The notes beneath the pieces are model-generated. The model had not been told where the DNA came from, did not search any database, and saw only the letters and a program-made list of their open reading frames with translations. The position numbers and the translations under genes were made by a program. From Armatimonadota bacterium (lineage in GTDB: Bacteria; Armatimonadota; UBA5829; DTLH01), in NCBI GenBank assembly GCA_039679675.1, contig JBDKUN010000033.1, positions 212,279-276,278 of the forward strand: DNA of 64,000 bases, given 5' to 3'. Numbering within the stretch: the stretch's first letter is position 1; each line of letters starts with the position of its first letter. Shown piece by piece: positions 31,767 to 42,326 of the stretch.

Positions 31767-32099
31767 AAGGAATATTGTGCGCTATGGGAGCGTGCTTGTA
31801 TCAACATATGGATTTATACCTTCAAGAACCCCAGTAGCGCTTTCTTAGGTTAATCTGTGTGAACTCTACTTCACAATTATTCCCTTTGGTAACTGTTTAC
31901 CTTTCCTTGTTTCGGAAGTCCCTTTCCCGAAATACAGCACGCTGATTCACATCTTGGCTCGGGCATGCCTCTTGAACGTGCAGAGCCTTGGGACGGAGAT
32001 TTCGGCGATGGCGGATGAGTTCTAGACTTACTCACATCTCGGCAATCCACCACCTGATGCGCGGCACAGCCGTTGAGAATCCGCAGAACGCCAAACTCA

Positions 32100-32846
32100 T
32101 CACCGCTTCATTAGCGCGAACACACCCCAGCCTAAGTATTCACGCGTGTAAGTGGCGTAGCGCTCAGGTTCCGAGGTCAGTTCGGCTCGAACATCCTTTG
32201 CGAGCTCGTCGTCGGGATTGGCATCAAGCCATCGGCGCATGGTGAGCCATTTAGCTGCCTCGTATCTATCCCAGCCGTCTTGGTTTGCCAAAACCATTTC
32301 CACGATGTCGTAGCCGAGGCGGCCGAAAGACGCAATAAGTTCTGGAAGCATGAGAAAGTCGGAGATTGCGTGGGCAAGGCATCCTTTGACAACATCTTCT
32401 GTCGATGGTAATTGCCTCCAGTAGGGCTCTCCGATGAGGATAATCCCTCCGTCTTGAAGACTCCGAGCCAGAAGCTCGATAGTGCCGGCGACTCCCCCGG
32501 CAATCCAAGTGGCGCCGACACAGGCTGCCACACCGACCTTTTCGTCAGAGACGTAGCCCGCAGCATCGCCATGGATGAACTTGACTTGATCAGCCACCCC
32601 AAGTTCTTCAGCGCGGAGTTTAGCTTGCTCGGTGAACAACTGGCTCATGTCGATTCCGGTGCCAATAATGCCGTAATCGCGAGCCCATGTGCACAGCATC
32701 TCCCCCGAACCGCTGCCGAGGTCGAGCACTCGGGTTCCTGTTTCTAGACGCAGTGCTGCGCCAAGAGTGGCGAGCTTTTCGGGTGTGAACGGGTTATGGA
32801 TGCGATGAGTACTTTCGGTGATGTTGAAGATCCGTGGAATGTCCAT
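32100..32846 (-). CDS. Class I SAM-dependent methyltransferase, YjhP-like
   Basis: MDIPRIFNITES.HRIHNP, VLDLGSGSGE, REYLGWGVFAL; AGGAG RBS favours ATG 32846. Confidence 0.88.
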   Translation of the reverse strand: MDIPRIFNITESTHRIHNPFTPEKLATLGAALRLETGTRVLDLGSGSGEMLCTWARDYGIIGTGIDMSQLFTEQAKLRAEELGVADQVKFIHGDAAGYVSDEKVGVAACVGATWIAGGVAGTIELLARSLQDGGIILIGEPYWRQLPSTEDVVKGCLAHAISDFLMLPELIASFGRLGYDIVEMVLANQDGWDRYEAAKWLTMRRWLDANPDDELAKDVRAELTSEPERYATYTREYLGWGVFALMKR

Positions 32847-32931
32847 ATCGGAAAATCTCCTTATGAGTGTGAATTGAATAGATTCGGCCACAGCCCAGCC
32901 AGAAGATATACGTTTTCCCGGCTTCCTAGGG

Positions 32932-32972
32932 GTCGCACCTGTCCTGGACGAATTTAGAACTTTTTTGGAGGG
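32932..32972. repeat. Partial copy of the right half of the att-like repeat
   Basis: cctgtcctggacgaatttagaactttt vs ccctggctggacgattttggaacctttt (29693) and ccctggctggatgattctagaactttt (42184). Confidence 0.5.
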
Positions 32973-33044
32973 CAAGGTCGGCTGATTTACTCTTGATCTG
33001 CTAACAATAATCCCTAATCGGTGTGATGTGTCCATATCCTCATA

Positions 33045-33617
33045 TCAACCGGCATTTCGAGAGTCTTCGCCGATGGCTGCTTCGTATTCATCGCGAGAAT
33101 AGAATGGAAATACTCGATGATCCCGTTGTGTCGCTTTGCCATGGAGCCAATCCAGAAGTATGAAAGTTGGCACAACCACTACAACAACAATTATAAAAAG
33201 CGGAGTACCTATGTTTACATTAAAGCCGAAACGTGCAAACAAAATCTGCATCTGCTCGGCAGCAACGAAGCACAGACACATAAAAACAACCAAGACAGGA
33301 ATTATTACAGGAAGCAATAGAAGTGACCACAACGGCAGTTTTGTTTGTTGTTCCCATTGATACTCGTAGTTCGATCGAAGAAAAAGCTTCCAACGTTCCA
33401 GATCCATGTCATCGCGTAGATGGTGCAAATAGTGAAAGACTTCAACTGCACGATCTTTGGACTTGATACTCATTATATCCGAAAGATCAGAATCACTAAG
33501 CACGCCATGTTCTGCAAAGTGTAAGATCCTGTCTCTAGCCTCACGATCCACCATGCTTAATTCTCCATCAAGCGCTTCACAAAATACTGCTAACGATTCT
33601 TTTACGCGAAACGACAT
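33045..33617 (-). CDS. Hypothetical 2-TM membrane protein abutting kdpD-N
   Basis: 190-aa ORF whose ATG directly follows the upstream stop; two hydrophobic segments. Confidence 0.65.
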   Translation of the reverse strand: MSFRVKESLAVFCEALDGELSMVDREARDRILHFAEHGVLSDSDLSDIMSIKSKDRAVEVFHYLHHLRDDMDLERWKLFLRSNYEYQWEQQTKLPLWSLLLLPVIIPVLVVFMCLCFVAAEQMQILFARFGFNVNIGTPLFIIVVVVVVPTFILLDWLHGKATQRDHRVFPFYSRDEYEAAIGEDSRNAG

Positions 33618-34715
33618 TCATTCTATACTTTTTTCTTTAGAATCTGCAACTATGATTATGTCGATGTCTTTGGTTTTCCTCATTATACGGTTGATGATCG
33701 ACCCTTTTGCAATCTCCTGAGCCCTGCTGCGGGCTGATTGCCCCATTACAATGACAGTCGCGCCTGATTGTTCGGCATAACGGATGATTTCGTTTGCAAC
33801 TGAGTCTCCTTCCAACTCAACCACTCTGCCACCGAAGCTTTCAGCGAGCTTATATGCAATCTGAAGCTGTTCCTGTTCTCGCTTGGTCATACTGGCTCCT
33901 GGAGCTTTTACATATACCACGTCAAAAGTTCCCTGCATGCGTTTAGCTATCCGATAGCCACGTCGAACAAGTTTCAATGCCATTGGACGCGGTGCGATAC
34001 ACACGAGAACGTGCTCGCGTGCCAGTTTGGCCTCTGCCATATCGTGAGCTTCCATGTACTCATGGAGCTGCTCGTCCACTTCTTCCACTGTTCTCTGGAG
34101 CGCAAGTTCCCGCAGCGCAACAATGTTGCCCTTTCTGAAGAAATTGGCAAGAGCTTGCGGTATTTTCTCTTCATGATAGATGTCGCCCCGCATCAGGCGG
34201 TTTATAAGCGCATCTGGAGTAAGATCGACAAGTTCTATCTCATCAGCAGTATCAACGACCCAATCAGGAACAGTCTCGCGGACACGCACGCCGGTGATCT
34301 CATAAACTACATCGTTCAGGCTTTCAACATGCTGGATGTTCAGAGTAGTGATGATGTTAATACCGGCATCCTGTATCTCCTTGATGCTCTGCCATCTTTT
34401 TGTATGCACTGTGCCGGGGACATTCGTGTGAGCTAATTCGTCTATCATAACCCATTCCGGGCAGCGGGCTATCACAGCAGCCGTATCGAGCTCGTAGAAG
34501 GTAGTGCCTCGATATTCGATTTTCTTGAGCGGTATCTGCTCGAAACCTTGCATAAGCTCGGCTGTGGCAGGGCGTCCGTGAGTCTCGATGAAGCCAATAA
34601 CAATATCTTCGCCACGGCTGAGACGCCTGCGGGCTTCGGAAAGCATCTTATAAGTCTTTCCGACACCGGCTACCGCTCCGAGAAATATTTTGAGTCTGCC
34701 CTTTTTCTGATTCAT
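33618..34715 (-). CDS. kdpD: KdpD N-terminal sensor + USP domain protein (split KdpD)
   Basis: GRLKIFLGAVAGVGKTYKML, DELAHTN, TTLNIQHVESLND, LRELAL; USP IVMGQS; no TM or kinase domain. Confidence 0.92.
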   Translation of the reverse strand: MNQKKGRLKIFLGAVAGVGKTYKMLSEARRRLSRGEDIVIGFIETHGRPATAELMQGFEQIPLKKIEYRGTTFYELDTAAVIARCPEWVMIDELAHTNVPGTVHTKRWQSIKEIQDAGINIITTLNIQHVESLNDVVYEITGVRVRETVPDWVVDTADEIELVDLTPDALINRLMRGDIYHEEKIPQALANFFRKGNIVALRELALQRTVEEVDEQLHEYMEAHDMAEAKLAREHVLVCIAPRPMALKLVRRGYRIAKRMQGTFDVVYVKAPGASMTKREQEQLQIAYKLAESFGGRVVELEGDSVANEIIRYAEQSGATVIVMGQSARSRAQEIAKGSIINRIMRKTKDIDIIIVADSKEKSIE

Positions 34716-35299
34716 CTGGTGTTTTCACTCAATCTATCCAGTGCTCTGTTGATTCGGAGTATATTTACTCTCGGTTCACCCAGAAAACCGAATGTGCGCC
34801 TGGTGGTGCTACTGTCCACGAGCCTTTTGATGCTGTCAGCAGATATACCACGCACTTTTGCCACTCTCAAAGACTGGGCATAAGCATTAGCGACACTTAT
34901 GTCCGGGTCCAGCCCGCTTCCTGATGCAGTCACCATATCTACAGGTACTCTCCCTTTAGCAAGCCCCGGATTTTCTCTGATTGAAGCATCCAAACGGCTT
35001 CTTACAGTACCGGCAAGCACTTTATTGGTTGGCCCAAGGTTCGACCCGCCGGACGACGTGGCATCGTACCCGCCTCCAGCTGCAGATGGGCGAGGGTGGA
35101 AGTAGCCTGGACTGGTAAACGACTGTCCGATCAACTCAGAACCGATCACATTGTTGTTAACCTTTACCAAACTGCCATTTGCCTGCCGTGGAAAGACCAC
35201 CTGCGCTATGCCGGTCATAAGCAGCGGGTAGATCACTCCAAACAGCAGTATTGTAACAAACGCCAGACGGATTGCAATATGCATATGTCTTCCCATCAT
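34712..35299 (-). CDS. kdpC: K+-transporting ATPase subunit C
   Basis: QANGSL, GSELIGQ, YFHPRPSA, SGGSNLGP, TASGSGLDPDIS, GEPRVN. Confidence 0.96.
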   Translation of the reverse strand: MMGRHMHIAIRLAFVTILLFGVIYPLLMTGIAQVVFPRQANGSLVKVNNNVIGSELIGQSFTSPGYFHPRPSAAGGGYDATSSGGSNLGPTNKVLAGTVRSRLDASIRENPGLAKGRVPVDMVTASGSGLDPDISVANAYAQSLRVAKVRGISADSIKRLVDSSTTRRTFGFLGEPRVNILRINRALDRLSENTR

Positions 35300-35306
35300 T
35301 AACTCC

Positions 35307-37412
35307 TTAACCCGCCAGACCAAGAGCGACCAGCGCCATATCAATCAGCTTCAAACCTATAAAAGGAACAACCATTCCGCCTGCTCCATAGATCAACAGA
35401 TTGCGCTGCAAGAGCGTCGCTGCCCCAAGCGGGCGATATTTCACTCCTCGAAGAGCAAGAGGGATGAGTGCAACGATTATCAGCGCGTTGAAGATGATTG
35501 CCGATAGAATCGCGCTGTGCGGTGAGTGGAGTCTCATGATATTGAGCTTATCGAGCACAGGGTAGGTCGAAGCAAAAATAGCCGGAATGATAGCGAAATA
35601 CTTGGCCACATCATTCGCAATGCTGAATGTAGTTAGCGCTCCGCGCGTCATGAGAAGCTGCTTTCCTATCTCGACGATTTCTATAAGCTTTGTCGGGTTG
35701 GAGTCGAGGTCCACCATGTTCCCGGCTTCCTTTGCCGCCATGGTTCCGGTGTTCATGGCAACACCCACGTCCGCCTGAGCAAGCGCAGGAGCGTCGTTTG
35801 TGCCGTCACCGGTCATCGCGACAAGCTTACCCTGGGACTGTTCTTTTTTGATAAGCTCCATCTTGTTTTCGGGTGTAGCCTGCGCCAGAAAATCGTCTAC
35901 TCCGGCCTCTTTCGAAATTGCAGCCGCAGTAAGGGTATTGTCTCCGGTAATCATAACCGTGCGTATCCCCATTGCTCTGAGCTGGTCGAACCTTTCTTTG
36001 ATGCCGCCTTTCAAAATATCCTTAAGGTAAATTACACCTATGACGCTTTCGTCCTTAGCTACGACCAGCGGTGTGCCGCCCGAATTAGAGACGGATTCGA
36101 CTATTGGCCTAAGCTGTTTTGGTATTGAACCCCCCTGCTGCTCAACCCAGGATGTAACGGCATCTGCAGCACCCTTACGTATGCAGCAGCTGTCCAAATC
36201 AATTCCACTCATTCTGGTTTGTGCAGTAAATTCTACAAACTCTGCATCCGGCGGAATATGTCTGTCTCTGAAGCCATATTTCTTGGCAAGCACGACTATC
36301 GACCTGCCTTCAGGAGTCTCATCACTAAAGGATGCAAGCTGCGCAATGTCGGCAACATCCCTTTCAGAGTAGCCGTTTACCGGAATGAACTCCGCTGCCT
36401 GCCGGTTTCCGAGTGTAATGGTGCCGGTTTTGTCGAGAAGAAGCGTGTTGACATCACCGGCTGCTTCTACGGCGCGTCCTGACATCGCAAGCACATTGTG
36501 CTGGACAAGGCGGTCCATCCCGGCGATTCCGATAGCTGAAAGCAGGCCGCCGATGGTTGTTGGTATGAGGCACACCAAGAGCGCGATCAAGACCGATATT
36601 GGGACTGCACCACCGGAATAGATGGCATAGCATTCAAGAGTGATAACTACAAGCATAAAAATGATCGTAAGCCCAGCCAGGAGGATGTCCAGAGCTATTT
36701 CATTTGGTGTTTTTTGCCTTGATGCACCTTCGACCAGCGAAATCATCCTGTCAAGAAAGCTCTTTCCCGGCTCGGACATGACTTTTACCTTTATCTGGTC
36801 TGAAAGGACTCTTGTGCCGCCCGTTACTGCGCTCCTGTCACCGCCGCTCTCACGGATTACCGGCGCTGATTCTCCTGTGATTGCTGATTCATCGACAGAA
36901 GCGATACCTTCCACGACTTCCCCATCGCCGGGTATGATTTCGCCGGATGAGACTACTACTATATCGCCCCGTCTTAGCTGCGTTGCAGGTACTTGCCGCA
37001 CTTCACCTTCCAAAAGGAGGTTAGCAGTCGTCTCAGTCTTCATTTTGCGGAGTGTATCAGCTTGTGCCTTGCCACGGCCTTCCGCCATTGCTTCGGCGAA
37101 GTTGGCGAATATCACTGTGAACCACAACCATCCGGCTATAGTCGACAGAAATGCTAAATTGGAGCCTCTGCTGACAGCTTCCGCGACTGCATAGTAAGTG
37201 CTGATGACGCTTCCGATCTCGACAACGAACATGACCGGGTTGTGGATCATCTTTCTTGGATCGAGCTTCTTTAAGGCATCGAGGGATGCCTGAGGAATGA
37301 GTTGTGCTACTGATGCCTTTCGGCGAGACCTGCCTCTCGACACCTCATGGGTCGGCATCACAACCTTCGATCCATCTTCAGTGGTGTTATCTAGCGGAAT
37401 GCGTTCCAACAC
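35307..37412 (-). CDS. kdpB: K+-transporting ATPase subunit B
   Basis: [43 protein letters not shown]. Confidence 0.97.
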   Translation of the reverse strand: MLERIPLDNTTEDGSKVVMPTHEVSRGRSRRKASVAQLIPQASLDALKKLDPRKMIHNPVMFVVEIGSVISTYYAVAEAVSRGSNLAFLSTIAGWLWFTVIFANFAEAMAEGRGKAQADTLRKMKTETTANLLLEGEVRQVPATQLRRGDIVVVSSGEIIPGDGEVVEGIASVDESAITGESAPVIRESGGDRSAVTGGTRVLSDQIKVKVMSEPGKSFLDRMISLVEGASRQKTPNEIALDILLAGLTIIFMLVVITLECYAIYSGGAVPISVLIALLVCLIPTTIGGLLSAIGIAGMDRLVQHNVLAMSGRAVEAAGDVNTLLLDKTGTITLGNRQAAEFIPVNGYSERDVADIAQLASFSDETPEGRSIVVLAKKYGFRDRHIPPDAEFVEFTAQTRMSGIDLDSCCIRKGAADAVTSWVEQQGGSIPKQLRPIVESVSNSGGTPLVVAKDESVIGVIYLKDILKGGIKERFDQLRAMGIRTVMITGDNTLTAAAISKEAGVDDFLAQATPENKMELIKKEQSQGKLVAMTGDGTNDAPALAQADVGVAMNTGTMAAKEAGNMVDLDSNPTKLIEIVEIGKQLLMTRGALTTFSIANDVAKYFAIIPAIFASTYPVLDKLNIMRLHSPHSAILSAIIFNALIIVALIPLALRGVKYRPLGAATLLQRNLLIYGAGGMVVPFIGLKLIDMALVALGLAG

Positions 37413-37426
37413 TTCTCATAACCTCC

Positions 37427-39148
37427 CTAAAAGAGCTTCCCCGCATGCATCAGCAAGTGTTCGACGACGGGTCCGAGTGCGAATGCCGGGAAAAATGTGA
37501 GCGCTCCGACAATGAGTATCACTCCTACGAGTAGACCCACAAACAGCCCGCCTGTTGTAGGAAACGTCCCGCTAGATTGCGGCACTCGCTTCTTTTTTAC
37601 AAGTGAGCCTGCGATTGCCATGACCGGTACTATGAATAAAAACCTGCCGGTAAGCATCGCAAGCCCTAAAACTGTGTTATAGAAGGGTGTATTTACGCTA
37701 AGTCCCGCAAATGCGCTCCCGTTATTGCCTGTAGCGGAGGTTGCGGCGTATAGCATCTCCGTAAGGCCATGCGGCCCCATATTGAGCCGCCCGCTAAGGC
37801 CTGAATGTGTGACCGATGCCGCCGCACTGAAACCCAGAATGCTTGCCACGAGTACAAGGATTGCAAGCATCGCCATCTTCATCTCTTTTCCCTCGATCTT
37901 CTTTCCGAGGTATTCAGGAGTCCGTCCCACCATAAGTCCGGCTATAAAAACGGCAAGAATTGCAAACACCAGCATTCCAAGCAGGCCTGATCCGGCCCCT
38001 CCGAATATGATCTCGCCGAGAGCGATGTTGAGCATGGCGATTCCGCCGCCGAGGGGAGTATAGCTATCGAGCATCGAGTTGACTGCTCCGCAGGAAGCGT
38101 CCGTGGTCGCTGTGGCAAACAGTGCCGAGCCGGAAATACCAAAACGCACTTCCTTGCCTTCCATATTGCCGAGAGCATGGCTCACTCCAATGCGAGACAT
38201 TATCGGGTTCCCGCTCTGCTCTGCCCAGTAGATGCAGCTTACTCCAACGAGAAACAGGATTAACATAGCTGAAAAGAGCGCCCAACCCTGCCTCTGGTTT
38301 CTTGCAAATCGCCCGAAAGTATAGGTCAGCCCCGCCGGAATAATCAAAAGTGCCAGCACCTGCAGAAAATTCGTAAGTGGTGTAGGGTTCTCATATGGGT
38401 GCGCAGAGTTGGCACCGAAGAAGCCGCCCCCGTTGGTGCCGAGCATCTTGATAGCCTCCTGCGAAGCTACGGGACCCTGCGGGATAATTTGTCTGGCGCC
38501 TTCCACAGTTGCTGCATGCACATAGGAAGACAAATTCTGGATGACGCCCTGCGACATAAGGATCAGCGCAAACACAATCGACATCGGCAAGAGCACCCAG
38601 AGACACCCGCGAATAAGATCGACCCAGAAGTTGCCGATTTCCTCCATCGATTCACGTGTGAGCGCCCGGATAAAGGCTATCGCAATGGCCAGGCCCACTC
38701 CAGCAGAGATAAAGTTTTGCCATGTGAGCCCTGCCATCTGTGTGAAATACGTTGCGGCATTCTCACCTGCGTATGCCTGCCAGTTGGTGTTAGTCACAAA
38801 GCTTACCGCCGTGTTAAAGGCGAGAAAAGGGCTCATGGATGGCGCATGGGCTGCGTTCCAAGGATGGATACTCTGAAGCCTGAGTATGAAGTATAGAATC
38901 AGGATGCTTATCATGCTGAAAATCAGCAGTGTAGACGTATAAGTCGTCCACTTCATCTCGCTTTCAGGGTCGATTCCGCACACACTGTAAATCCAGCTCT
39001 CAATGGGCTTAAGCACAGGGTCAAGCAGTGTCTTTTCACGTTTAAATACGCGGGCTATGTACGCTCCCATGGGCTTTGTAAGTGCTAAAAGGATAAGCAC
39101 AAACACTACTATCTGAGCTATTCCAATCCATATCATCTCGGACACCAC
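37427..39148 (-). CDS. kdpA: K+-transporting ATPase subunit A
   Basis: TNTNWQAY, LGTNGGGFF, SCGAVN, NNGSAFAG. Confidence 0.97.
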   Translation of the reverse strand: MVSEMIWIGIAQIVVFVLILLALTKPMGAYIARVFKREKTLLDPVLKPIESWIYSVCGIDPESEMKWTTYTSTLLIFSMISILILYFILRLQSIHPWNAAHAPSMSPFLAFNTAVSFVTNTNWQAYAGENAATYFTQMAGLTWQNFISAGVGLAIAIAFIRALTRESMEEIGNFWVDLIRGCLWVLLPMSIVFALILMSQGVIQNLSSYVHAATVEGARQIIPQGPVASQEAIKMLGTNGGGFFGANSAHPYENPTPLTNFLQVLALLIIPAGLTYTFGRFARNQRQGWALFSAMLILFLVGVSCIYWAEQSGNPIMSRIGVSHALGNMEGKEVRFGISGSALFATATTDASCGAVNSMLDSYTPLGGGIAMLNIALGEIIFGGAGSGLLGMLVFAILAVFIAGLMVGRTPEYLGKKIEGKEMKMAMLAILVLVASILGFSAAASVTHSGLSGRLNMGPHGLTEMLYAATSATGNNGSAFAGLSVNTPFYNTVLGLAMLTGRFLFIVPVMAIAGSLVKKKRVPQSSGTFPTTGGLFVGLLVGVILIVGALTFFPAFALGPVVEHLLMHAGKLF

Positions 39149-39151
39149 GCC

Positions 39152-39241
39152 CTAAAGCCTTTCCGGCTGCAGAAGGCAGAAAAGCAGGTAAGCTAAGAGA
39201 CCTGCTGAGATTACCCCGACTATTATGTAATCAATACTCAT
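39152..39241 (-). CDS. kdpF: KdpF (29 aa, MSIDYIIVGVISAGLLAYLLFCLLQPERL), below ORF-track cutoff
   Basis: Hand-translated; YL...LL.PERL signature; GGAG RBS; ends 3 nt before kdpA. Confidence 0.9.
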   Translation of the reverse strand: MSIDYIIVGVISAGLLAYLLFCLLQPERL

Positions 39242-39252
39242 ATACTTTCTCC

Positions 39253-39336
39253 CTATAGCCTCTCTGCTGCCATTACATAGAGCAGGCTCATCCAGAAAAA
39301 CACCAGAATCGTTGCAATATAAGCGATATCAAGCAT
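39253..39336 (-). CDS. 27-aa hydrophobic peptide MLDIAYIATILVFFWMSLLYVMAAERL upstream of kdpF
   Basis: Hand-translated; GGAG RBS; single TM; ends in ERL like KdpF. Confidence 0.75.
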   Translation of the reverse strand: MLDIAYIATILVFFWMSLLYVMAAERL

Positions 39337-39502
39337 TACTTTGCTCCATTTTACCCTCAACAGTCGGAGACTCTTCTTCCTGATATGTCGCTATGCCTCC
39401 AAAACCATCTGAGCTGTACCAATAGCGCATCTGATACCATGTATATAACTTCAAGATCATCGTAATAACCATCAAGGTCAGTAATTCATATAATGCACCC
39501 AT
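39329..39502 (-). CDS. 57-aa first ORF of kdp operon (hydrophobic N-half, acidic tail)
   Basis: Hand-translated MGALYELLTLMVITMILKLYTWYQMRYWYSSDGFGGIATYQEEESPTVEGKMEQSNA; AGGAGGT RBS; stop overlaps next start. Confidence 0.6.
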   Translation of the reverse strand: MGALYELLTLMVITMILKLYTWYQMRYWYSSDGFGGIATYQEEESPTVEGKMEQSNA

Positions 39503-39550
39503 TGGATTACCTCCTGAGCATAGCCATCAGGGCTTTGCTCATTCACTAAT

Positions 39551-39583
39551 AGTCTACCAATGGGGGTGTTAACGGGTTATAAA
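39551..39583 (-). promoter_or_regulatory. Probable KdpE binding site and -10 box
   Basis: Minus strand TTTATA-ACCCG-TTAACA-CCCCC, same geometry as the E. coli kdpFABC site (TTTATA-n5-TTTACA-CCCC), followed by TAGACT. Confidence 0.65.
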
Positions 39584-39623
39584 CCAGAGAAGTGACCTCA
39601 TTAAGTTTTTGTATACTTAAGAA

Positions 39624-40322
39624 TCAGGATGCAGCGAAGCGAAAACCGACGCCGGTTTCCGTGAGGATATAGCGAGGTGAAGACGGCCGAGGCTCTATTT
39701 TTTTGCGGAGATGGCTTATGTGGACCCGAAGTGTCTGGGCATCCTCGGCGTATTCTGGCCCCCAAACCTTTTCGAGAATCATTTTAGATGTAATAACCCG
39801 GTCAGCGTTCTGGGCAAGATACGCTAAGATATCGAACTCCATACGGGTGAGTTCGATATCCTCCCCGGAACGCTTGACTGTGCGTTTTGCTATATCTATC
39901 TCCAGATCACCGACCTTGATGACGGGTGGGGGAGTAACGCGGGCTCCCGACCTTCTGAGCAGAGCACGAATCCTTGCAAGGAGTTCCGTTGTGGAGAACG
40001 GTTTTGTCAGATAATCATCCGCCCCTATGTCGAGAGCGGCAGCTTTTTCCATATCACTGCCGATTACCGATAGCATCAGAATCGGCCCCTCGTACCAGTT
40101 GCGAAGCTCACGGCAGACTTCTGTGCCTTTTAGCCCAGGCATAGCCATATCGAGAATGATCAAGTCGGGCTGGTTATCAATTGCCAGATCGATGCCCTCG
40201 TCTCCGTTTGCAGCAAGGATAACATCATATTTGCGGGCACCGAGAATCGACTTCAGCGCTCTTCGTATCTGTTCCTCGTCATCTATAACAAGTATTTTTG
40301 GGTTTTTCTCAGGAGTGGTCAT
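39624..40322 (-). CDS. kdpE: Response regulator KdpE
   Basis: ILVIDDE, IILD, GADDYLTKPF, LRVHISHLRKKIE, ILTETGVGFR. Confidence 0.93.
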   Translation of the reverse strand: MTTPEKNPKILVIDDEEQIRRALKSILGARKYDVILAANGDEGIDLAIDNQPDLIILDMAMPGLKGTEVCRELRNWYEGPILMLSVIGSDMEKAAALDIGADDYLTKPFSTTELLARIRALLRRSGARVTPPPVIKVGDLEIDIAKRTVKRSGEDIELTRMEFDILAYLAQNADRVITSKMILEKVWGPEYAEDAQTLRVHISHLRKKIEPRPSSPRYILTETGVGFRFAAS

Positions 40323-41903
40323 TTACGGTTCAGGAGCCTCCTCCAGCGGAAGTGAGATTACGAATCTGGCTCCATGCGGAACGACATCCTCTACCCACAC
40401 CCTTCCGCCATGGAACTTTGCTATTTCTCGGGTTACTGCAAGGCCAAGGCCGGTACCGGATGTATACCTGGATGAAGATTCCCCGCGATAGAATTTTTCG
40501 AATATCTTATCCCGCTCTTCAGGTGGGATTCCCGGTCCCTGGTCCTCGACCCATATTCTGATCGAAGTTTCATCGACTGAAGCATTCATCCTGACAGTGC
40601 TGTCTTTAGGGCTGTAAGTGAGTGCATTAGTGAGCAGATTCTCCACTGCTCTGGACATCTGAGTGAAGTCTACGTTTACCATTGGAAGGAAATCCGGCAA
40701 TGAGACCTCAATTCTTGATTTCTGTTTCTGCGGTATCTTGGACACCGCAGCCCACAGCACATCAGTCAGCTCGAACCACTCTTTCTTCGGCTCCCAGGCA
40801 GCAGACTCCAGACGGGATAGGTCAAGAAGAGCATTTATGCTTGCCGTAAGCCGGTCAAGATCGTTTTGTAGGCTCGCCAACTCCGGCTGTACAGTCTCGG
40901 CATTCCACTCGATATCTTCAGCAGCAAGATTGCTTACTGTTGCTGCAATGGAAGCAATAGGGGTTTTGAGCTCGTGCGAAACAGAAGACATCAGGGTGGA
41001 TTTCAGCCGGTCAGCTTCCTGTAGAGCATCCGCCTGAACAGCAGCCGATGCCAACCTTTTACGCTCAAGAAATGCTGCCGTCTGATTGGCTGCAGCAATT
41101 AGAGGTCGAACTTCCGTTATGGTATAGGCCCTACCATCTGAGCGAGGTCCGACGTAGAGGACACCTTCCTGCCTCTCAGCAGTCTGAAGCGGGATGAAGA
41201 GATCATCCCGGCTCGTCTCGGCACCGGCCTGTGTATGGTCTACCGATATGGGCCAACCGGATGCAGCCGGGTCGGAACGTCTTTCTATCTGTGGTAATCC
41301 GACCGCTTTCGACTGTGAGTAAGCCCATTCGGCAATTTTCATTACTGGTGGATCGAGCTTACCGCCATCCTCCACAACAGACATCAACTCATAAAGCTTC
41401 TTTTCCGGGTCCGTGAGAAATAATGCCCCGGAATGTGCTCCTGTGAGTTGTATCACTTCATTCATGAGCAGTTCGGCAATATCTGAAATAGATGCATCCG
41501 ATACAAGGCGCGCGCTGAACTGGTTCAGCATAGCCATCTCAAGACCTCTCGCGAGAGCTTCAGCCTCACGATCTCGCAGTCTTCCTGTCTGCATACCCAT
41601 AACTATCGCAACTATGAGAAAAACGAGGAGTGATAGCCAGTCTTTAGGGTCATGGACCCAAAGAGAGCCGTAAGGAGGCAGGAAGAAGAAGTTCCACGAG
41701 AGAAACGAGAGCAACGCGGCAAGAATGGCTGGCCTTACACCACTCATCCCTGCGACGAGCCCGACTATAAGCAAGTACAGGAGCGCCCATTGCCCTTTTG
41801 CGAAATCAGTCCGCCCTGGGATGCATACCGCCGTTGCGATTGTCACACAAACAACCGCGAAGATATAGCCATGCTGTTTTGTAAAAGCCTGAAAGTTTCT
41901 CAT
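40323..41903 (-). CDS. kdpD: KdpD C-terminal part: DUF4118 TM-GAF-histidine kinase
   Basis: WNFFFLPPYGSL TM block, GAF-like region, SVSHELKTP, NLLTNA, DQGPGI, GTGLGL; start uncertain (41903 or 41927). Confidence 0.9.
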   Translation of the reverse strand: MRNFQAFTKQHGYIFAVVCVTIATAVCIPGRTDFAKGQWALLYLLIVGLVAGMSGVRPAILAALLSFLSWNFFFLPPYGSLWVHDPKDWLSLLVFLIVAIVMGMQTGRLRDREAEALARGLEMAMLNQFSARLVSDASISDIAELLMNEVIQLTGAHSGALFLTDPEKKLYELMSVVEDGGKLDPPVMKIAEWAYSQSKAVGLPQIERRSDPAASGWPISVDHTQAGAETSRDDLFIPLQTAERQEGVLYVGPRSDGRAYTITEVRPLIAAANQTAAFLERKRLASAAVQADALQEADRLKSTLMSSVSHELKTPIASIAATVSNLAAEDIEWNAETVQPELASLQNDLDRLTASINALLDLSRLESAAWEPKKEWFELTDVLWAAVSKIPQKQKSRIEVSLPDFLPMVNVDFTQMSRAVENLLTNALTYSPKDSTVRMNASVDETSIRIWVEDQGPGIPPEERDKIFEKFYRGESSSRYTSGTGLGLAVTREIAKFHGGRVWVEDVVPHGARFVISLPLEEAPEP

Positions 41904-42120
41904 CTCACTATCACCAAAGTTACTCAAGACATAATAGCCATGTATTTGGTATCTGGCAAGTGACTTCTACCCTTACGACCCAGTGGAAATTCAATAATGG
42001 TATTATTTATTACTACAGAATCTTGATAGCAACGGTAATCCAATATTGCTATCAAATGTAAATTGCGTTGTGAGGAAAAGGGAGCAGGTGGCTTTTTATA
42101 AAAAGGGGCATAGCCTCTCC

Positions 42121-42224
42121 AAACGCAAGAAAGGCAGAGCAATCATACAACTGCGTTGCCTTTATCTTCAAATCTATTGATTCCCCTGGCTGGATGATTC
42201 TAGAACTTTTCTGACGGGGGCAGC
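42121..42224 (-). repeat. att-like degenerate direct repeat B
   Basis: aaacgcaagaaaggcagagcaatcatacaact...ttcccctggctggatgattctagaactttt. Confidence 0.7.
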
Positions 42225-42326
42225 TTAATCCAAACTTGGTATCGGGATTTCCTGAACGGTTGCGGCGCTGGCTTTCGCGATGAAAGATCAGCTTCGCCCT
42301 TTAAAACGCTATACTCCAAAACGTGC

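Noticed and set aside
32847..33035. N-terminal extension of the methyltransferase in the ORF track (start 33035)
   Set aside because: The family-like sequence starts at MDIPRIF with an AGGAG RBS; the extension crosses an att-like remnant.
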